Shown here one piece after another: positions 22,438 through 35,743 of a DNA stretch of 64,000 nucleotides (position 1 is the first letter of the stretch; every line of letters begins with the position of its first letter). The notes under the pieces are model-generated. The model saw nothing but the letters and a program-made list of their open reading frames with translations. It searched no databases and was not told where the DNA came from. Source of the DNA: Oopsacas minuta (lineage: Eukaryota > Animalia > Porifera); NCBI GenBank assembly GCA_024704765.1, contig JAKMXF010000044.1:806001-870000 (forward strand), in the 5' to 3' direction. Made by a program: the position numbers and the translations under genes.

Positions 22438-24461
22438 TTACTGACTTCCCTATTATGGAACTGTCATTAAATTTTGGTGTTCAAATTCACGTTAATCAAA
22501 TTAGGAAAAAATTATATTTGTAGAATATGAACTTCTGGAGAGTCAAGATCTGAGAAAAGAGGTATATCAGTATCTAAAAGGTTGATAATAAACTAATAAG
22601 AGAAAAATCCATTTAGACAACCAGACCAAGCTCTAAAACACACAATCAAACAATCAGAATGTATCCGGACATTTCCTGGAAGCTTGAACACTAATCCGAG
22701 AAAATCCCTGAGCTACAATCCAAATGGTGACCAAAATACACCAAAATCTTCATAGAATATTGGAATATAACCAAGGCATATTGGAGGACGAAGGTATTGT
22801 CTAACGTTTACACCTGCCTATCTATTTCACTGAACAGAAGTGACAAGTTTTATTGAAAATTGTCGCATGTAAAGCTTATCAACATCATACGAGTGACCAG
22901 CATTCACAGCAATAATTTGTATTACAATACGTATTTCTAAATTTAATTCATATAAAATCTCCAAGCGATTGAATATAATGTTAGAGTTCACGGTTAGTCA
23001 TTTAGAGGATACTTTCATCGAAACTATTAACGTTTACAGCGGAATATTTCGACTAACTAGATACACGGGTCTGTGTGCACTAATCACAATAACACATTTC
23101 AGGTTGAGACTGATCAGTATAGTATATCACATACCTGCCAAAATATTTGAGTCATATAAGTGAGCCGAAATTTTACTGTTTGTATTTGAGTGTATTAATG
23201 TAATGATTCTATGCAACAATCAATAATGTAAAAATTTTCCTGTGGGTGGATATATCCACTAACCTCCTTGGATCCGCCACTACAAACATGTAAGGATTTA
23301 GGTATAATAGCAATAAATATCCTTTGTACTGCTTGATTAAACTAAGGAATATTTTCTTAAAATATTGCCTTATGCGAAGTTTGCAGTTAGATATTGTTTC
23401 TAACTGTTGTTGACTGGATGTAATCTAAGTATATCATGACTACCTGATTATTCAAATCCTCACTTCTTAAATTATGCAGGAGGGGTCATAAATATTTCCT
23501 CAATTAACTAATTAGCATTAGTTTTGTGAAAATCTAATTGGGTGGGAAGAAAACTAGCCAATCATTCTATGGTTTAATTGAATTAATAAAAAAATAAAAA
23601 TTTAATACATGCATTGATGGGTCATTAATAGGATAATGAGATGGATCATCACTCCTAAATAGGGAAAATATAATAAATTAGTATCCTGTCAGCCTTTAGG
23701 GCGTGTAATCATAGCCAACCTTAGCCTACTTTGCGTGCTATCTCCAAAAATCATTTGAATATTTCCAATGACCCCGATATTTCACCCGGAAAATTACCTG
23801 AAATTTTCTGAATACAGTCAAAACGTCCATAAAAGTAAGGATTAATTTAATGATTTCGACATTTATGATCAAAATTCTAATTTTAAGGCGAATTTTAGCC
23901 AGAAAATAATGTGGCAACACGTCCTTTCTGATGAAAATTCTACTTCATTTCAAAATAAAGTATACAGTCTCCTTGGGCGGCTGGTATTGCTGGTTTACAG
24001 GTAATCCATGAAAAATTCACTTCAACAACTCCAAAAATGACTGGAGAGACGCTGTAGCAACAAGTATGGGCTAATTTTAAGCGACATGAACTAGCATGTA
24101 GATAAGTAGAATATTGATCAGTATTTTTTATAGAATTTGATCAGAAAAGTAGAATTTATCAAAATGTAGAACTTTGATCAGAAATTTAGATTTAGAAGTT
24201 AGAACTTTGTTCAGAAGTAATATTTTAATCTACACTTGTTAAAACACGCCCTCAAGTTATAGGTGGCAGTTAAGCAGCTTTGACAATATACTAGTTCCGA
24301 TGGATATGAAGAGAAACGTGTAATCCAAGGATTGAAGGGGTTCGCATCTAATAATGCTCCTTTTTAAAAAATATTTCTTATCCTATTTCGCTCCTGTTTA
24401 AACTATTCACAATGCTCGATTCCATCATGTATTGGATATTAACAAATGAAAAAAATTAATA

Positions 24462-24762
24462 CAGTCAAACCTGTCTAACAGTCACCTGCCCATAGCGGGA
24501 ACCTAAAACAGTCCTCTCCGATTTCCCATTATAATTACCTCTCTATAGTGGCCACCTGCTCAATGTTGCCACCATTTTTGGTCCCTTGCTGGTGCTAAAC
24601 CTGTCTATAACAGCAACTACTTCTATATTACGGCCAATTCTTTTATATAACGGCCACTTTATATAGTGGTCGTCTCCCATAAGTTTACCTTGAGAAGTTC
24701 TTTGGGTGGCCATCATTAACTATTTCCAGTGTATTGTCTTATTTTATAGACAAGTTTGACTG
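24462..24762. mobile_element. pogo/Tigger-like MITE, 301 bp
   Basis: TIRs CAGTCAAACCTGTCTA / TAGACAAGTTTGACTG with TA flanks. An internal segment recurs at about 39590-39672. Confidence 0.8.
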
Positions 24763-25501
24763 TATATTAATTAATAATGTATTTTTTTATAAAGATTATA
24801 TACATACACATACTATATATTATTGTAACAATTTTGTTCAAAAAATTCAATGCACACTTTAGATTTTCTATGATTACAAACCTTTGATTAATCTTTCCAG
24901 ATGAATTATTAAATCAATGTATAATAATAAATTATCAGCACCTTGTTGAATTTGGGGGTAAAACTCATGATATTATTAATTTAGTTAAAATCTGATTATT
25001 GCACCAAATATTCTTCAGATATGTTTAAAATCTTATGACTCTACATTTTTACATAATATAGTCACCAGCTTGTCGCTACATATTAATCAATCTTATTAAA
25101 TTCGTAAATACTAAAATCTCTCCAGGTGGCTTTTTAGTTTTGTCTAACATTGGTGTTTGTATACTCCTTCACTATATAATTAAACTAACACCTGCCTGCA
25201 TAGAATTCATGTTTATACCAAGTAGATTGCGTTAAATATTATTCTACTAATATGAATCAAATCCGAATAGTGGGTATCCTATCAGTTTAATCAACACCAG
25301 CCTAAGCATCAGCTGTAGGAAGTTCTTCACTAAAATTTTGTTTTAGACTCTGAAAATCACACATTTTTGCTTACTCTTTGAGAGTTATCTTTATTAGCCA
25401 GTGCTTCTGGTACGATTAAAATTCGTATAATTTTATTTGGATTTTTAATAGTTTAATGAAAATTCCTTTAGTTAATAATCAATCAGGAATAACATACAAA
25501 T

Positions 25502-25585
25502 CAAGGTTGAAACCGCTCGAACCAAATATCAGTATTCATGAATAGTAGCCTAACCGAATACTGATAATATTCGGTTGCAACCTTG
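25502..25585. mobile_element. Minimal 84-bp copy of the hAT-type MITE found at 19555
   Basis: TIRs CAAGGTTGAAACCG / CGGTTGCAACCTTG, 8-bp TSD ATACAAAT, one AACCGAATACTGATAATATTCGGTT unit. Confidence 0.9.
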
Positions 25586-26385
25586 ATACAAATATGTTTA
25601 CATGGCCTTATAGATTATTAATGCAATGATACGTATGTAAGAACTGTAGAATTCCTGTTGTGCTACTTAGCTTCTATTCTGAATTTATGATATTTGTAGA
25701 TTACACAGAGCGTCTAATGTTCACGTATAAAACCCATTTCAAATTTCTTTAGGGTTAATCCTATTATTTATTATTTTTTATTGCTTACCATAAAAAATAG
25801 TTTTAAAACTTTTTAAGAATGAATATTCACATATGAAACCTCTAAATAGTTTTCTGCATTTCAACGCCAGAACGATCGCACCACAAAACAATTTTTTATA
25901 TTCCGGCACTTTCCAACGGCATACTTGTTACTTATTTTTCTACAAGGATGATGTGGCTTAGTGATAGAGGAAGTAATTCGTAAGCCGTAGGCTGTGGGAT
26001 CGTACTAAAGTGAGTAAAATTGTATTTAGCAGGTGCGTCGGAACACCGAAGCCCCAAGAAAAGTGGGGTGTATTGTTGACATATTAATGAAAAGTGATAT
26101 ATCAACAATTCACCCAACTTTTATCTACGAGATAATAAATGAAAAAAAGCAAGTCAATCCTTGATAATTGTTAGTTGAAAATTGTTGGAATAATTGTTTT
26201 TCTGAACTTAATGCGATATAATTTCATAATATCTGATTAATAGTGTGAAGATATAAGTTACAAATAATACCTTTCAGTATTACGTAATAATTGTATCCAA
26301 CCAATGTACGTATATAAATGGCCTTCACTTCATTGAAGTCAAATAATTTCTTCAGGTCACAAAAGAAAATACATCGCAATCAAAG

Positions 26386-26733
26386 ATGGCAAACCAAATA
26401 GAATACATTGAAGATTTTACTGAGGCTGAGATCACAGGTCTTGACATTAAGGATCTAAACAAAAAACTAAAACTAAAAAATTATTCTAAGCAAGAACAGC
26501 AGGCAATAAAGAAACAGAGGCGTAAAATAAAGATGATAAAATATCGCAAAGACAGCCGCATGCGCAGATCGCAAAACCTCAATAATCTTCTGGAGCTGCG
26601 TGCGCTCTTGTTAGATGAATACATAGGCCTTAAGCTAGAGGTGTACAATTTGCAAAACGCCAAGGACTGGCTGGTTGAGCAGACGAGCAGCGATGAGGAT
26701 GACGAGTATGGTGGGTTTGTGATCGTGGATTAA
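26386..26733 (+). CDS. Small Maf-like bZIP protein with a divergent basic region
   Basis: FTEAEITGLDIKDLNKKLK resembles the Maf extended homology region (SDEELVSMSVRELNRHL), followed by the basic stretch KKQRRKIKMIKYRKDSRMRR and a Leu heptad run. Confidence 0.75.
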   Translation: MANQIEYIEDFTEAEITGLDIKDLNKKLKLKNYSKQEQQAIKKQRRKIKMIKYRKDSRMRRSQNLNNLLELRALLLDEYIGLKLEVYNLQNAKDWLVEQTSSDEDDEYGGFVIVD

Positions 26734-29700
26734 CGACCACGATCTACAGCCCGCCATTCTCACCGTTGTATTTTTTCGTTTTTATTGCTAGATATTAATT
26801 AAATTCATTTCGTCAAAAATATACATTATTTCTAAACTTAATGGGTTATATACTTACAATATAATTAGAGTTACCATAAACAATTATACCAACTTGGTGA
26901 AAAGAAATTTGATTGAATTCAAGCTACTACCAGTGACTGTATTCACTTTTATAAGTTATGATTAGCTTAAAATTTGTTTCTTTCAAATTTAGTGAAATTT
27001 TGAGAATTAATATAATTAATAAATATTAGTAACATATTATTACTGAATATCTTACAAAACGAATTTATAACTTTTGAGTAATTAGAAGAGCATTTGTTTC
27101 TTCGATTAGAGTTGAACTTTGCCAGGCATAATTTATCAATTAAATGATGGTACCTTCGAGGCCGTTTGTAAATAATAATAAATACTGTAGTCCAGTTCAT
27201 TATATTCCAAATTAAAATATAATTTGCCCTAAAAACAAGCCAAAAATTGGAATTATTTCTTAAGTTTCCTTAGAAATTTTCCAAAATTTAATTTCATAAT
27301 GTTAGAATTTATTAGAAATTTATTGTTGATATTTCAAGGAAATTAGGCAAAGTAATAGATTAGAATTAAAACTGGGAAAATACCGGCATTCAGCTGGTAT
27401 TTTCCAGTTTTTGACAAGAATATACTGTTCGTCTTTAATATTAATCTAATTCATCAAATTTTGGTACCTAAGTAGGATTTTCTGTGAAAAATCAACAATT
27501 CCAGAAATTCACATTAGAAGATCGAGAAATACCCAAATCCATAAATATAATTAAATGCCATATGTGTATTTACTGACCAAGATTAGTAAAATTCCAGGAA
27601 AACTATTGCACAGTAGGTACCAGGACCCAAAAGATTATACTGCGCAGGTTGGGACAACTAGATGTTAATTAAAACATCTCACCACTGTACTTTTTGAAAC
27701 TACAGCATTGCATTACTGGAGTTGTTTGTAAAGTTGTACAATATTCAAAGAAAACTAACTATCACTATTTCCTAGCATGACCCCCTTTCAGACTCTTTAT
27801 ATTCAGAGACATCAGAAAGGGTTAACGATAAGCAATGATACTTAAAGACTTAAATACCGAGTAACAACAATTCAGTTGAACACTCGGAATTTTAATATGG
27901 CACAAATTGAATATATCGGAAACAATACTACTGAGCTGTACTATAGTCGGTATAGTAAAAATCATTAAATAGTACCACCATGTTAAGCACCAGACATACT
28001 AAGTCCAGGAGCGTAGACTCGAGCTGTGGATTGGCAGAGCCCAGAAGAGCTACGGTGACAGGATTGTTAGGGCGTTCCCCCCTTTTTTGTTTTAGCATCT
28101 ATGGAGAGAGCAGAATTATTGGTGGGTCCATAGCCTCACCAAACCTCCCGTTGCCTACGCCCATGGCCAACTGTCCAGCATTTCCAGATATACTTTGAGT
28201 CAAATTGAATATCAGGTCGGGGCAAAATGTGAAAGGCAAAAATTATCAGTGTTTCGGCAACCAGACTTATACAAATATGTCATAATTATAGCCAAAGAAT
28301 ATCCAGCTAAAATACGACACATAAACATCAAGGTGAACGTTATACCAGTATTGTTTTTGTGTGGGCATATACCAGCGTGTGCAGTGTGTCCTCCTTCACA
28401 CCCCAGGTACGGACTTACACTACAACATGTATGTTCATCAAAAACATTCAATTAGCCATTTCTCAAGAAATATTTAGCCAGCGAGTCTATCACCTCCAAT
28501 TTATCCTAATTAATATTATTCTATCACTAAGGAAGAGAATTATACTAAATAATCTCATTATTATTCTATAATTTAATGATACCTGAATTAACCAGATGAA
28601 ATTTGAACTCTTAAATAAATTAGCTAAAGTTTAATGCAACCAAATTATGATGATCAGACAAATCTAACTACAAATTACCACCAAATAACTACCAGATGCT
28701 TCCGAATAGCTCACCATTCGATCTAACTAATAATAATCGCTGCAATTGGCAACATGTGCTACCAAATATCCATAAGTGATGTTCTGTTGAAACTTACATA
28801 ATGAAGATTCAAATTATACGATCTATTTATCTCTAAATATGGGCAATTGTTTGAAACCTATAATTATCTGATGATACACACACAAGTATATAAATTTGTA
28901 ATAACATATTTTATACGTATTACGTGCATTATAATTTATCATTGATTGATGGATAGAAGCTGGGACCGACTACAAGTGTTCATTTATTAGTTAAACTATT
29001 ATCATTAGACGACTTGCTTTCTCTTACAAACTACGGATCAGCTAGTATATGAATACTGTAACTTTCAATACATTTCCCATAAAAATTATACGCAGGCCGG
29101 ATCAAGGCACGTTCAGAGTGTGCAGCTGAACTGGGCCGCCCACCACCAGAGGCAGAGCATCATGGTTAACAAATTTTATCTAACTGCAATATTTATTGTG
29201 AGTTTACTAGTCAACACTATAGTAGTCTGAGTCCTATACTCTATGGTATAACAGGTTTTATGAGTATTTAGAAATTGTCAGTCCTCGTATGCCTGCAAGT
29301 GCAAGCCTTAGTGACTTCAATGTCTAGACGGAGCTCAATTTCTACGTGGCTAATCGCATGCGAGAATGAGTTTATTCGCTGGTGATAATGATTGTAATGT
29401 GTATGCGAGAGATCTGATACATACATCCAACAATGAACGTTTGTTCATTAACTAATTCGAGAAAAAATTTCTCCCACTGGCATTATCGCTAAGAAATACA
29501 CCACCCAACAACCATGGAGTGCTAAAGAAGTACGGACATCAGTCTCGACCAAGGTAGATACTAATTCGAGGCTAAATTCTTCTCAACTATCGTAATCGTG
29601 AATATACAAGCACTTAGACAACAGTAAACGCCTTATCATGAACTAATTCGAGAAAATCGTTCCCCCACTGTAATTATCGCGTCAAAAATACATCAGCTTC

Positions 29701-29997
29701 GCATTCTTGCAGGCGAGTAGTAATGTTTAATATATGTGCGGTCAGTAGCTTGCTCGCATCGAAAAGTCGTTTCAATATATGACTTTCTACAAAACGGTTT
29801 ATCAGTTAGTATGTACTACCTAATTTTGTTCCCCAAAGGGTACGTCTGATCCTAGTTCTACTGTACATAATTCCGCGACGAGAGTCATAAATACAAGTTT
29901 GCTTATATAATTGCTAAAAATTTGTTACAACTATTATACTATACTTATTACGTAATAGAGACTACATTGAAAAGGTAACAAACAGAACTAGCATATA

Positions 29998-31473
29998 TTA
30001 ATCTTGTGTATGTTCTATTTTAGCGGGAAATAGGAATGACGCAAGAAAAAGGAGAGATAGCTGTACACATCCGATCGACCAAATAAGGCTGAAATCTATT
30101 GGCCAGCTATATCCGCTAGAAATGCTCCAAGCGAATACATTCGCACTGAAAATAGGGCCAATTAGCCTCAAGAGGGCTGCTCCCGACTGAGATACCCCAT
30201 TGACTGTAGCTCTCATATCCCGCTTCGAGGAGTTGGCTATAGCAATCGTATAGCAAGTGAATATAGACATTCTCATCAGGTACAATGGAATTAATAGACT
30301 CAGCAATATAACCCATACTATCACTGGTATGGAAGTAATACCTAAATCGATTGATCCACAACTTGTATACTCTTTTGTTGTGCTGGTGATATTATTGGCT
30401 ACAATAATAGCAAACAAGTTCGTTACCAAACTATTGCTTGTCCATAAAGGTATCAGAAACACAATAATCGTATAAAACACAATTAGGAGTCTAATAGTCT
30501 TTCTAATGCCAAGATAGCCAATGATGATAGGTAAGACAGTAAGAGCCCATGGTATTTGTAGTATGGAAGTGGATAGCGAAATTAAACCGAGAGAATTCTC
30601 ATTCATGCAAAACCCTCCGTAACTAGGCGCTGTCACTAGCATTAGAGGGATGAGCTCTTCGAATTCAATGTTGATGAATGCGAAATAATTATAATTAAAA
30701 ATAGCTGAGATGATCAATCTCTGAGAGAACACATTGCTTAACTTGTTATTATACGATTGTTTGTTTGTTTGCTTTTTGTTATAAGTTCTCGGATTACCAT
30801 GATCGCTGACCTCTATTTCATCCTTTGAAAACTGCTCCTGCCTATGAGATAGAGATAGAGTCTCACGAATGAATATATGCGAAATCAACATTGCAAACAT
30901 TGCAAGGAGAAAACAAACAATACTTGGAAGGAAATAAGGGAAATCACGTAATAGCTCAAAATTTAAAAATGAGAACTTGTCAGCCGGTCTACTTAACCAT
31001 GCACTAATAGTTGGGCCAATCATTCTTCCAATACCATCAGCCAATCCGTGGACAGCTAGGCCTCTAGTCAGCTCTTCTTTGTCTGCACACAACTCTGCTA
31101 TAAACGTTTTTACTATGGTATCCAGGCCATTGAAGAAACCCCATAGAAAACGCATTAGCAAGGCCATTGAGTAGGATAAACTAAGTCCAAATATCACAAC
31201 AGAAATGCTATAGAGGAATGTGCTCGCTATCATTGCTTTCTTTCTACCGAATTTATCAGCAATTCTTCCCCAAAACATATTCCCAAAGAAATTTCCTAGG
31301 AAGTATATTCCCGCCAAATATCCTTGTCTATACCCTAGTTCGGATTCTGAAAGATCAGGAAAGAAGTCATGAGTGATGGCAGGAAGGATAGGAAAGACGT
31401 AGAGAGTGCCAAACTTTCCTACAACCAAAGTTATACAAGCTACACATAGTTGTAGTGTTGTTTCTGTTCTCAT
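29998..31473 (-). CDS. MFS transporter (DHA1/ZIFL/MFSD10-like), about 12 TM, intronless
   Basis: 491 aa; MFS motif A WGRIADKFGRKK, LLMRFLWGFFNG, IGPTISAWLSRPADKF, ATVNGVSQSGAALLRLIGP. Confidence 0.88.
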   Translation of the reverse strand: MRTETTLQLCVACITLVVGKFGTLYVFPILPAITHDFFPDLSESELGYRQGYLAGIYFLGNFFGNMFWGRIADKFGRKKAMIASTFLYSISVVIFGLSLSYSMALLMRFLWGFFNGLDTIVKTFIAELCADKEELTRGLAVHGLADGIGRMIGPTISAWLSRPADKFSFLNFELLRDFPYFLPSIVCFLLAMFAMLISHIFIRETLSLSHRQEQFSKDEIEVSDHGNPRTYNKKQTNKQSYNNKLSNVFSQRLIISAIFNYNYFAFINIEFEELIPLMLVTAPSYGGFCMNENSLGLISLSTSILQIPWALTVLPIIIGYLGIRKTIRLLIVFYTIIVFLIPLWTSNSLVTNLFAIIVANNITSTTKEYTSCGSIDLGITSIPVIVWVILLSLLIPLYLMRMSIFTCYTIAIANSSKRDMRATVNGVSQSGAALLRLIGPIFSANVFAWSISSGYSWPIDFSLIWSIGCVQLSLLFLASFLFPAKIEHTQD

Positions 31474-32187
31474 ATTAATATTGAAGATGCTATGCTGACT
31501 GCTTTGAGTAAAATCAGAATTATCTCACCAGAAATATAGTGAATAAAGTACTAGAACGCTTCGCTAGTTAAGTGACATTACAGCACTTACACAAATTTGT
31601 TAGGTACAATCGACATTTCGTGCCATAAATGATGATAAACATGATAAAAATAGCTAAATGGATAAAAATTTTTAGATTAATTCGGTATTTTGGCAGCCTA
31701 GACTGACACTATGATGGCTTTGCGACTGTTGGTATTATTAAATTCGGTACTGTGTCTTAAAATAAAGAAATGCTGATACAATTTTGTTATCTGCAAATTT
31801 CCAATTTTTAACCGCAATAATGATGTAATGACCCATAATAAGTTAATATTGATTTACTTGAAAGCATTCAATTCTGAGGATATAACAATTATCATGGCAA
31901 AGCTGTGACCAATTACATGATCTGCTAAAATCCAAGAGGCTAAAATTACGTATATCATAATTTGTAAAATAATCGTTCAAAACCTGAACAATTCAGAGCT
32001 AGAGTAACCCGATAAATAACCCGTATACGGAAAATCAGTCCGACGAAGGTTTTTCAGTTTCTTCAAAAATTCTGAATATGTAAACGTAAATAAATATACA
32101 TCAAATTTCTTATTGAAATAGTTTACAATACTTAAACTGACAAACTAACAAAAAATTTTATGGTTCTCAAACAATGATTCAAATCAG

Positions 32188-34041
32188 AGTGCTTATAGTC
32201 GGTTTACATAATCAGGGCTACAATTAAATAATTTTAAATTCTATATACTAAACCGTAAAATCATTTAAATTATTTGGCATTTGTCCGACTAGTTATCCTC
32301 TATGTTGCCATTCTGGAAAATACCAAAATAAGGAGTCAGACAAATGTAGGCCCTCTTGTCATTTCTATTTCCTCCAATCAAATCAAATCAAATACTAGAA
32401 ATACGTATTGAAAAATATATAATAAAATATATAATAAAATTTGCTTCAAAATATTCTGATTATTACATTTTAAAAATACAACTACCTTTCTTACTCATAG
32501 TCCCCATATACCAATTATAACACATTCTGTGTACCCAACGACTTCAACATAAGTTTTGTGACCCTGTGCACCAGTGGTACTTTGCTAAAAAGGGAAGTGG
32601 CCTTGCTAATAAGGGATCGTGCCCCCAAGACATCACTGTTGTGGACCCTTTACTCTTGCCTGTGGATCACCAAGGGACCCCAGGTTGGAAACCGCCAGAC
32701 ACTGTTTGCTTGCTTGTTTATCCAACAGTTTTTGTCCAATTTTTAATCATTCTCAAATCAAATCAAATCTTTTTGAAATATTCTATTATATTTTATTTAC
32801 AGCCCTGTAAAGATAATATGTCTCTATACAATTCATTTAATAGATTCAATAATCACAACACATGTAATTTTACAGAATTTACACAACTATAATACAAGAA
32901 CGTACAACAATCTAATTTTCGGCCAAAGACGTCTCTCCACTAAATTTGGACGGTCTGTCTCAGATCATCATCGATTTGGATTCTGCTCTTAGATCGATCA
33001 TTGATTCGCTTTGTTAGTAAATAATTTCGAATTACCTATAGAATGTTGAGAAAATGAGTTTACAAAAATACATAGTTTACTAACAAAGCAAACAAGACCC
33101 ATCCTGTAGTGCTTCCTACATTCATTCAGGCTGGGTTGCCAATCCAATATAGTCTAGAAAACTTGTCGATTTTCAATTGTTGTATCGTTGTATCGATTAG
33201 ATTATCGATTGGATTTTTGATAAGAATAATATACTTAGTAGTGTCGATAGAAAATCGATAGTTATTCGATGATTATCATCGATTGGATTGGCAATCCATA
33301 TCGTTATCGATATCGATTGCCACAATTTGAATCGATTAGATTAGATTGGATTGGATTGGATTGGATTGGATTGGATTGGATTGGATTGGATTGGATTGGA
33401 TTGGATTGGATTGGATTGGATTGGTAACCCTGTGTAATTAGGGTTGCCACTAGTAATTACTATTAATATGTTCTCAAAAGACTGATGGGAAACCATATCG
33501 AATACATTGAAGACTTGACTGAAGCTTTATTCTCGAATGCAAACAACAAGAATTAAAAATCAAAGGCGAAATATTTGGAAGAGCATCCGTATGTGCAAAA
33601 ATGGACCTTGTGAATTATGTTGGTTGAAGGCGAATCATGAGGCATATAACTGGGTTCTTATGCAATACATGTACATATCATTGCAAATGCGAAGTGGAAA
33701 TAATGATGATGAGTGTGGTCTATAGAGAGTTTGCATCAGCGAGTATTCTTCCATCCTCCTGAAGCAACAATTGCAGTCTCTCCAGCTCTGACATTTAATA
33801 ATAATTTTATTATAATTGGATAAGAATTAGATTGTTTACCCAAGTGTAACCATAGCGTGTAGCATATTTTATAGTTTTCTCGAGTCTTTGCTTATGTCGT
33901 TTGTATGACAGTGTGGTATAATTAATTCATTAGCCGTATTGAAACATTTCTCTTCCACATTTTATGAAATACACAACTGCAATCTAATTGGATGTCACAA
34001 TTACAAGATTCGGAAATTTTGAAATTCACGTTATTCTGAAT
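32188..34041 (+). repeat. Left arm of a 1854-bp inverted repeat
   Basis: Reverse complement of 35744-37597. The ORF track is mirrored with identical translations, and I saw no mismatches in the segments I compared. Confidence 0.97.
33131..33432. mobile_element. hAT-like MITE inside the arm containing (ATTGG)16; mirrored at 36353-36654
   Basis: Ends CTGGGTTGCCAATCCAAT / ATTGGATTGGTAACCCTG, internal ATCGAT and ATTGG repeats; no clear TSD. Confidence 0.55.
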
Positions 34042-35743
34042 TTGGTGCGACCACTCTATAAATATGTCCAAGAAATCTAGCAATGTGTCCAGCGATGTAT
34101 TCTACAAAGATTGACTGCGTACATCATGCTTGCCTACTGTCTTGTTATAGGCTAGACTTTCCTCCTTTTCGGATATGTGTTGAGGCTAATGACCCGACAA
34201 AACTTGCTCGATTTTTGTAGTCCAGTCTAATGCAATTGTTCTACGTCGTGCGATGTCACGTTAAATGAGTACATTCCGTCCCTCTCTTTTCTTCACTCAG
34301 GTTGGCAAGTATGTGACAGGTATGTATTCTGGATTATAATTTGTGGAAGTAGCCCAGATCTTGAATAGACTCTGATTAGTGCTAAAATACGATAGAGTAT
34401 ATTTGAATAAATTTTCTGGCTGCAAAATTCAGACTACAGGCCGAATATAGCCAGCATATGGGGATTGCGGAACACTGCTATGCTATAACTCACGTATGCG
34501 CTTTGTTTGCTTTAATTACTGGATTACAATGTTAATAATTTCATTGTATAAATAATCAGTAGCCGTCTAGATTAACGTGTACAAAATGCATCTGCATTTC
34601 CCTTTTCATGAACTAGACAGTGTGTCATGCCTCATGGTAGGGCATTTGATTAGGCAAAATCTACTACTAATCACTGATAAGCTTTGTTTGTGGTAAATAA
34701 TTAATTCTATATTCTCATAAACTTGTGATATGAGTTAATTATAATTACATCAAAATAGGTTAGTTGAAATATTTAATTAAATACCACGGAATCATTCTCT
34801 CTTTATTCTCACAGCTGAAAGGACGCTGATAAGTGCTGCCATATTTTGATTCACTTTAGAGGAAGTTAGACCATTAAACTGAAAATTTCTTGAATCAACA
34901 TGTCATTAGTATACGTATAGTGTAGTATTACATCAATATTATTATTCCTGATAATGAGATAATCGATGTGTTCTAGTAGGAATTAATAAATAAGTGGATA
35001 CAGTGTATAGCTTTGATAGACTTCTGGCATTATTAACGAGGCTATTGATTTCTATAAAAGTTTGAGTCGAAAGCCCCAACTCCACCCGTATATAAATGTA
35101 AGCATTAAGTATTTGTTAGATAATTAGTTGTTGACCTAACACAATTTTTTCAAATGTAGCAGTAAACACAAACCAACAGACTCACGATGGGAAAGTCAAA
35201 GGTAGAGCTCACACCCCTGAGTTTACTTAGATTAATTTGATATAACGATATGTTAACTATAGCTACGAAGTTTTGCTCATATAAGTGATATATTTTACCA
35301 ATTTGTGTGCAATTGTGTGCTAGTGAAATCGTTAATATTCAGGACTGGTGGAGCCGATACACAAGATATGGGACTGAGTGTCAGCAACCCCAGAGAAGTA
35401 GCCAAGGTGGTACTCGGGAACAAATTTCTTCAGAGGCAGCTTGGAAGGTATTAGATTGTATATTGTATTATGCAATAGCATAAGTCCTGTTGTGATGCTT
35501 TAACCTCATAATCAATACAAGTAAACTGGAAAATAGAATCCTGATTCTTTTTCTCGACAGTACGTAATCTAATTCATTGTTACATATTACAACAAGCAAT
35601 GCTTGCAACGTTTAATTGTGAATTTTAAAGTAATTCAGGGTATCATTACTCATATTAAGTCAAACGAAAAACAATCATGATCAAATTGTATATTATTAAA
35701 AGTAGAGCAATATGTTGTCTGTCTGTATTTCCGTTGTTAAGGC

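Noticed and set aside
27980-28571. Cluster of short ORFs, including a TM-like CRILAGYSLAIIM segment
   Set aside because: Partly a hAT-like MITE remnant (CAGGAGCGTAG...CTACGCCCATG, no TSD); the MFS-like resemblance is too short to support.
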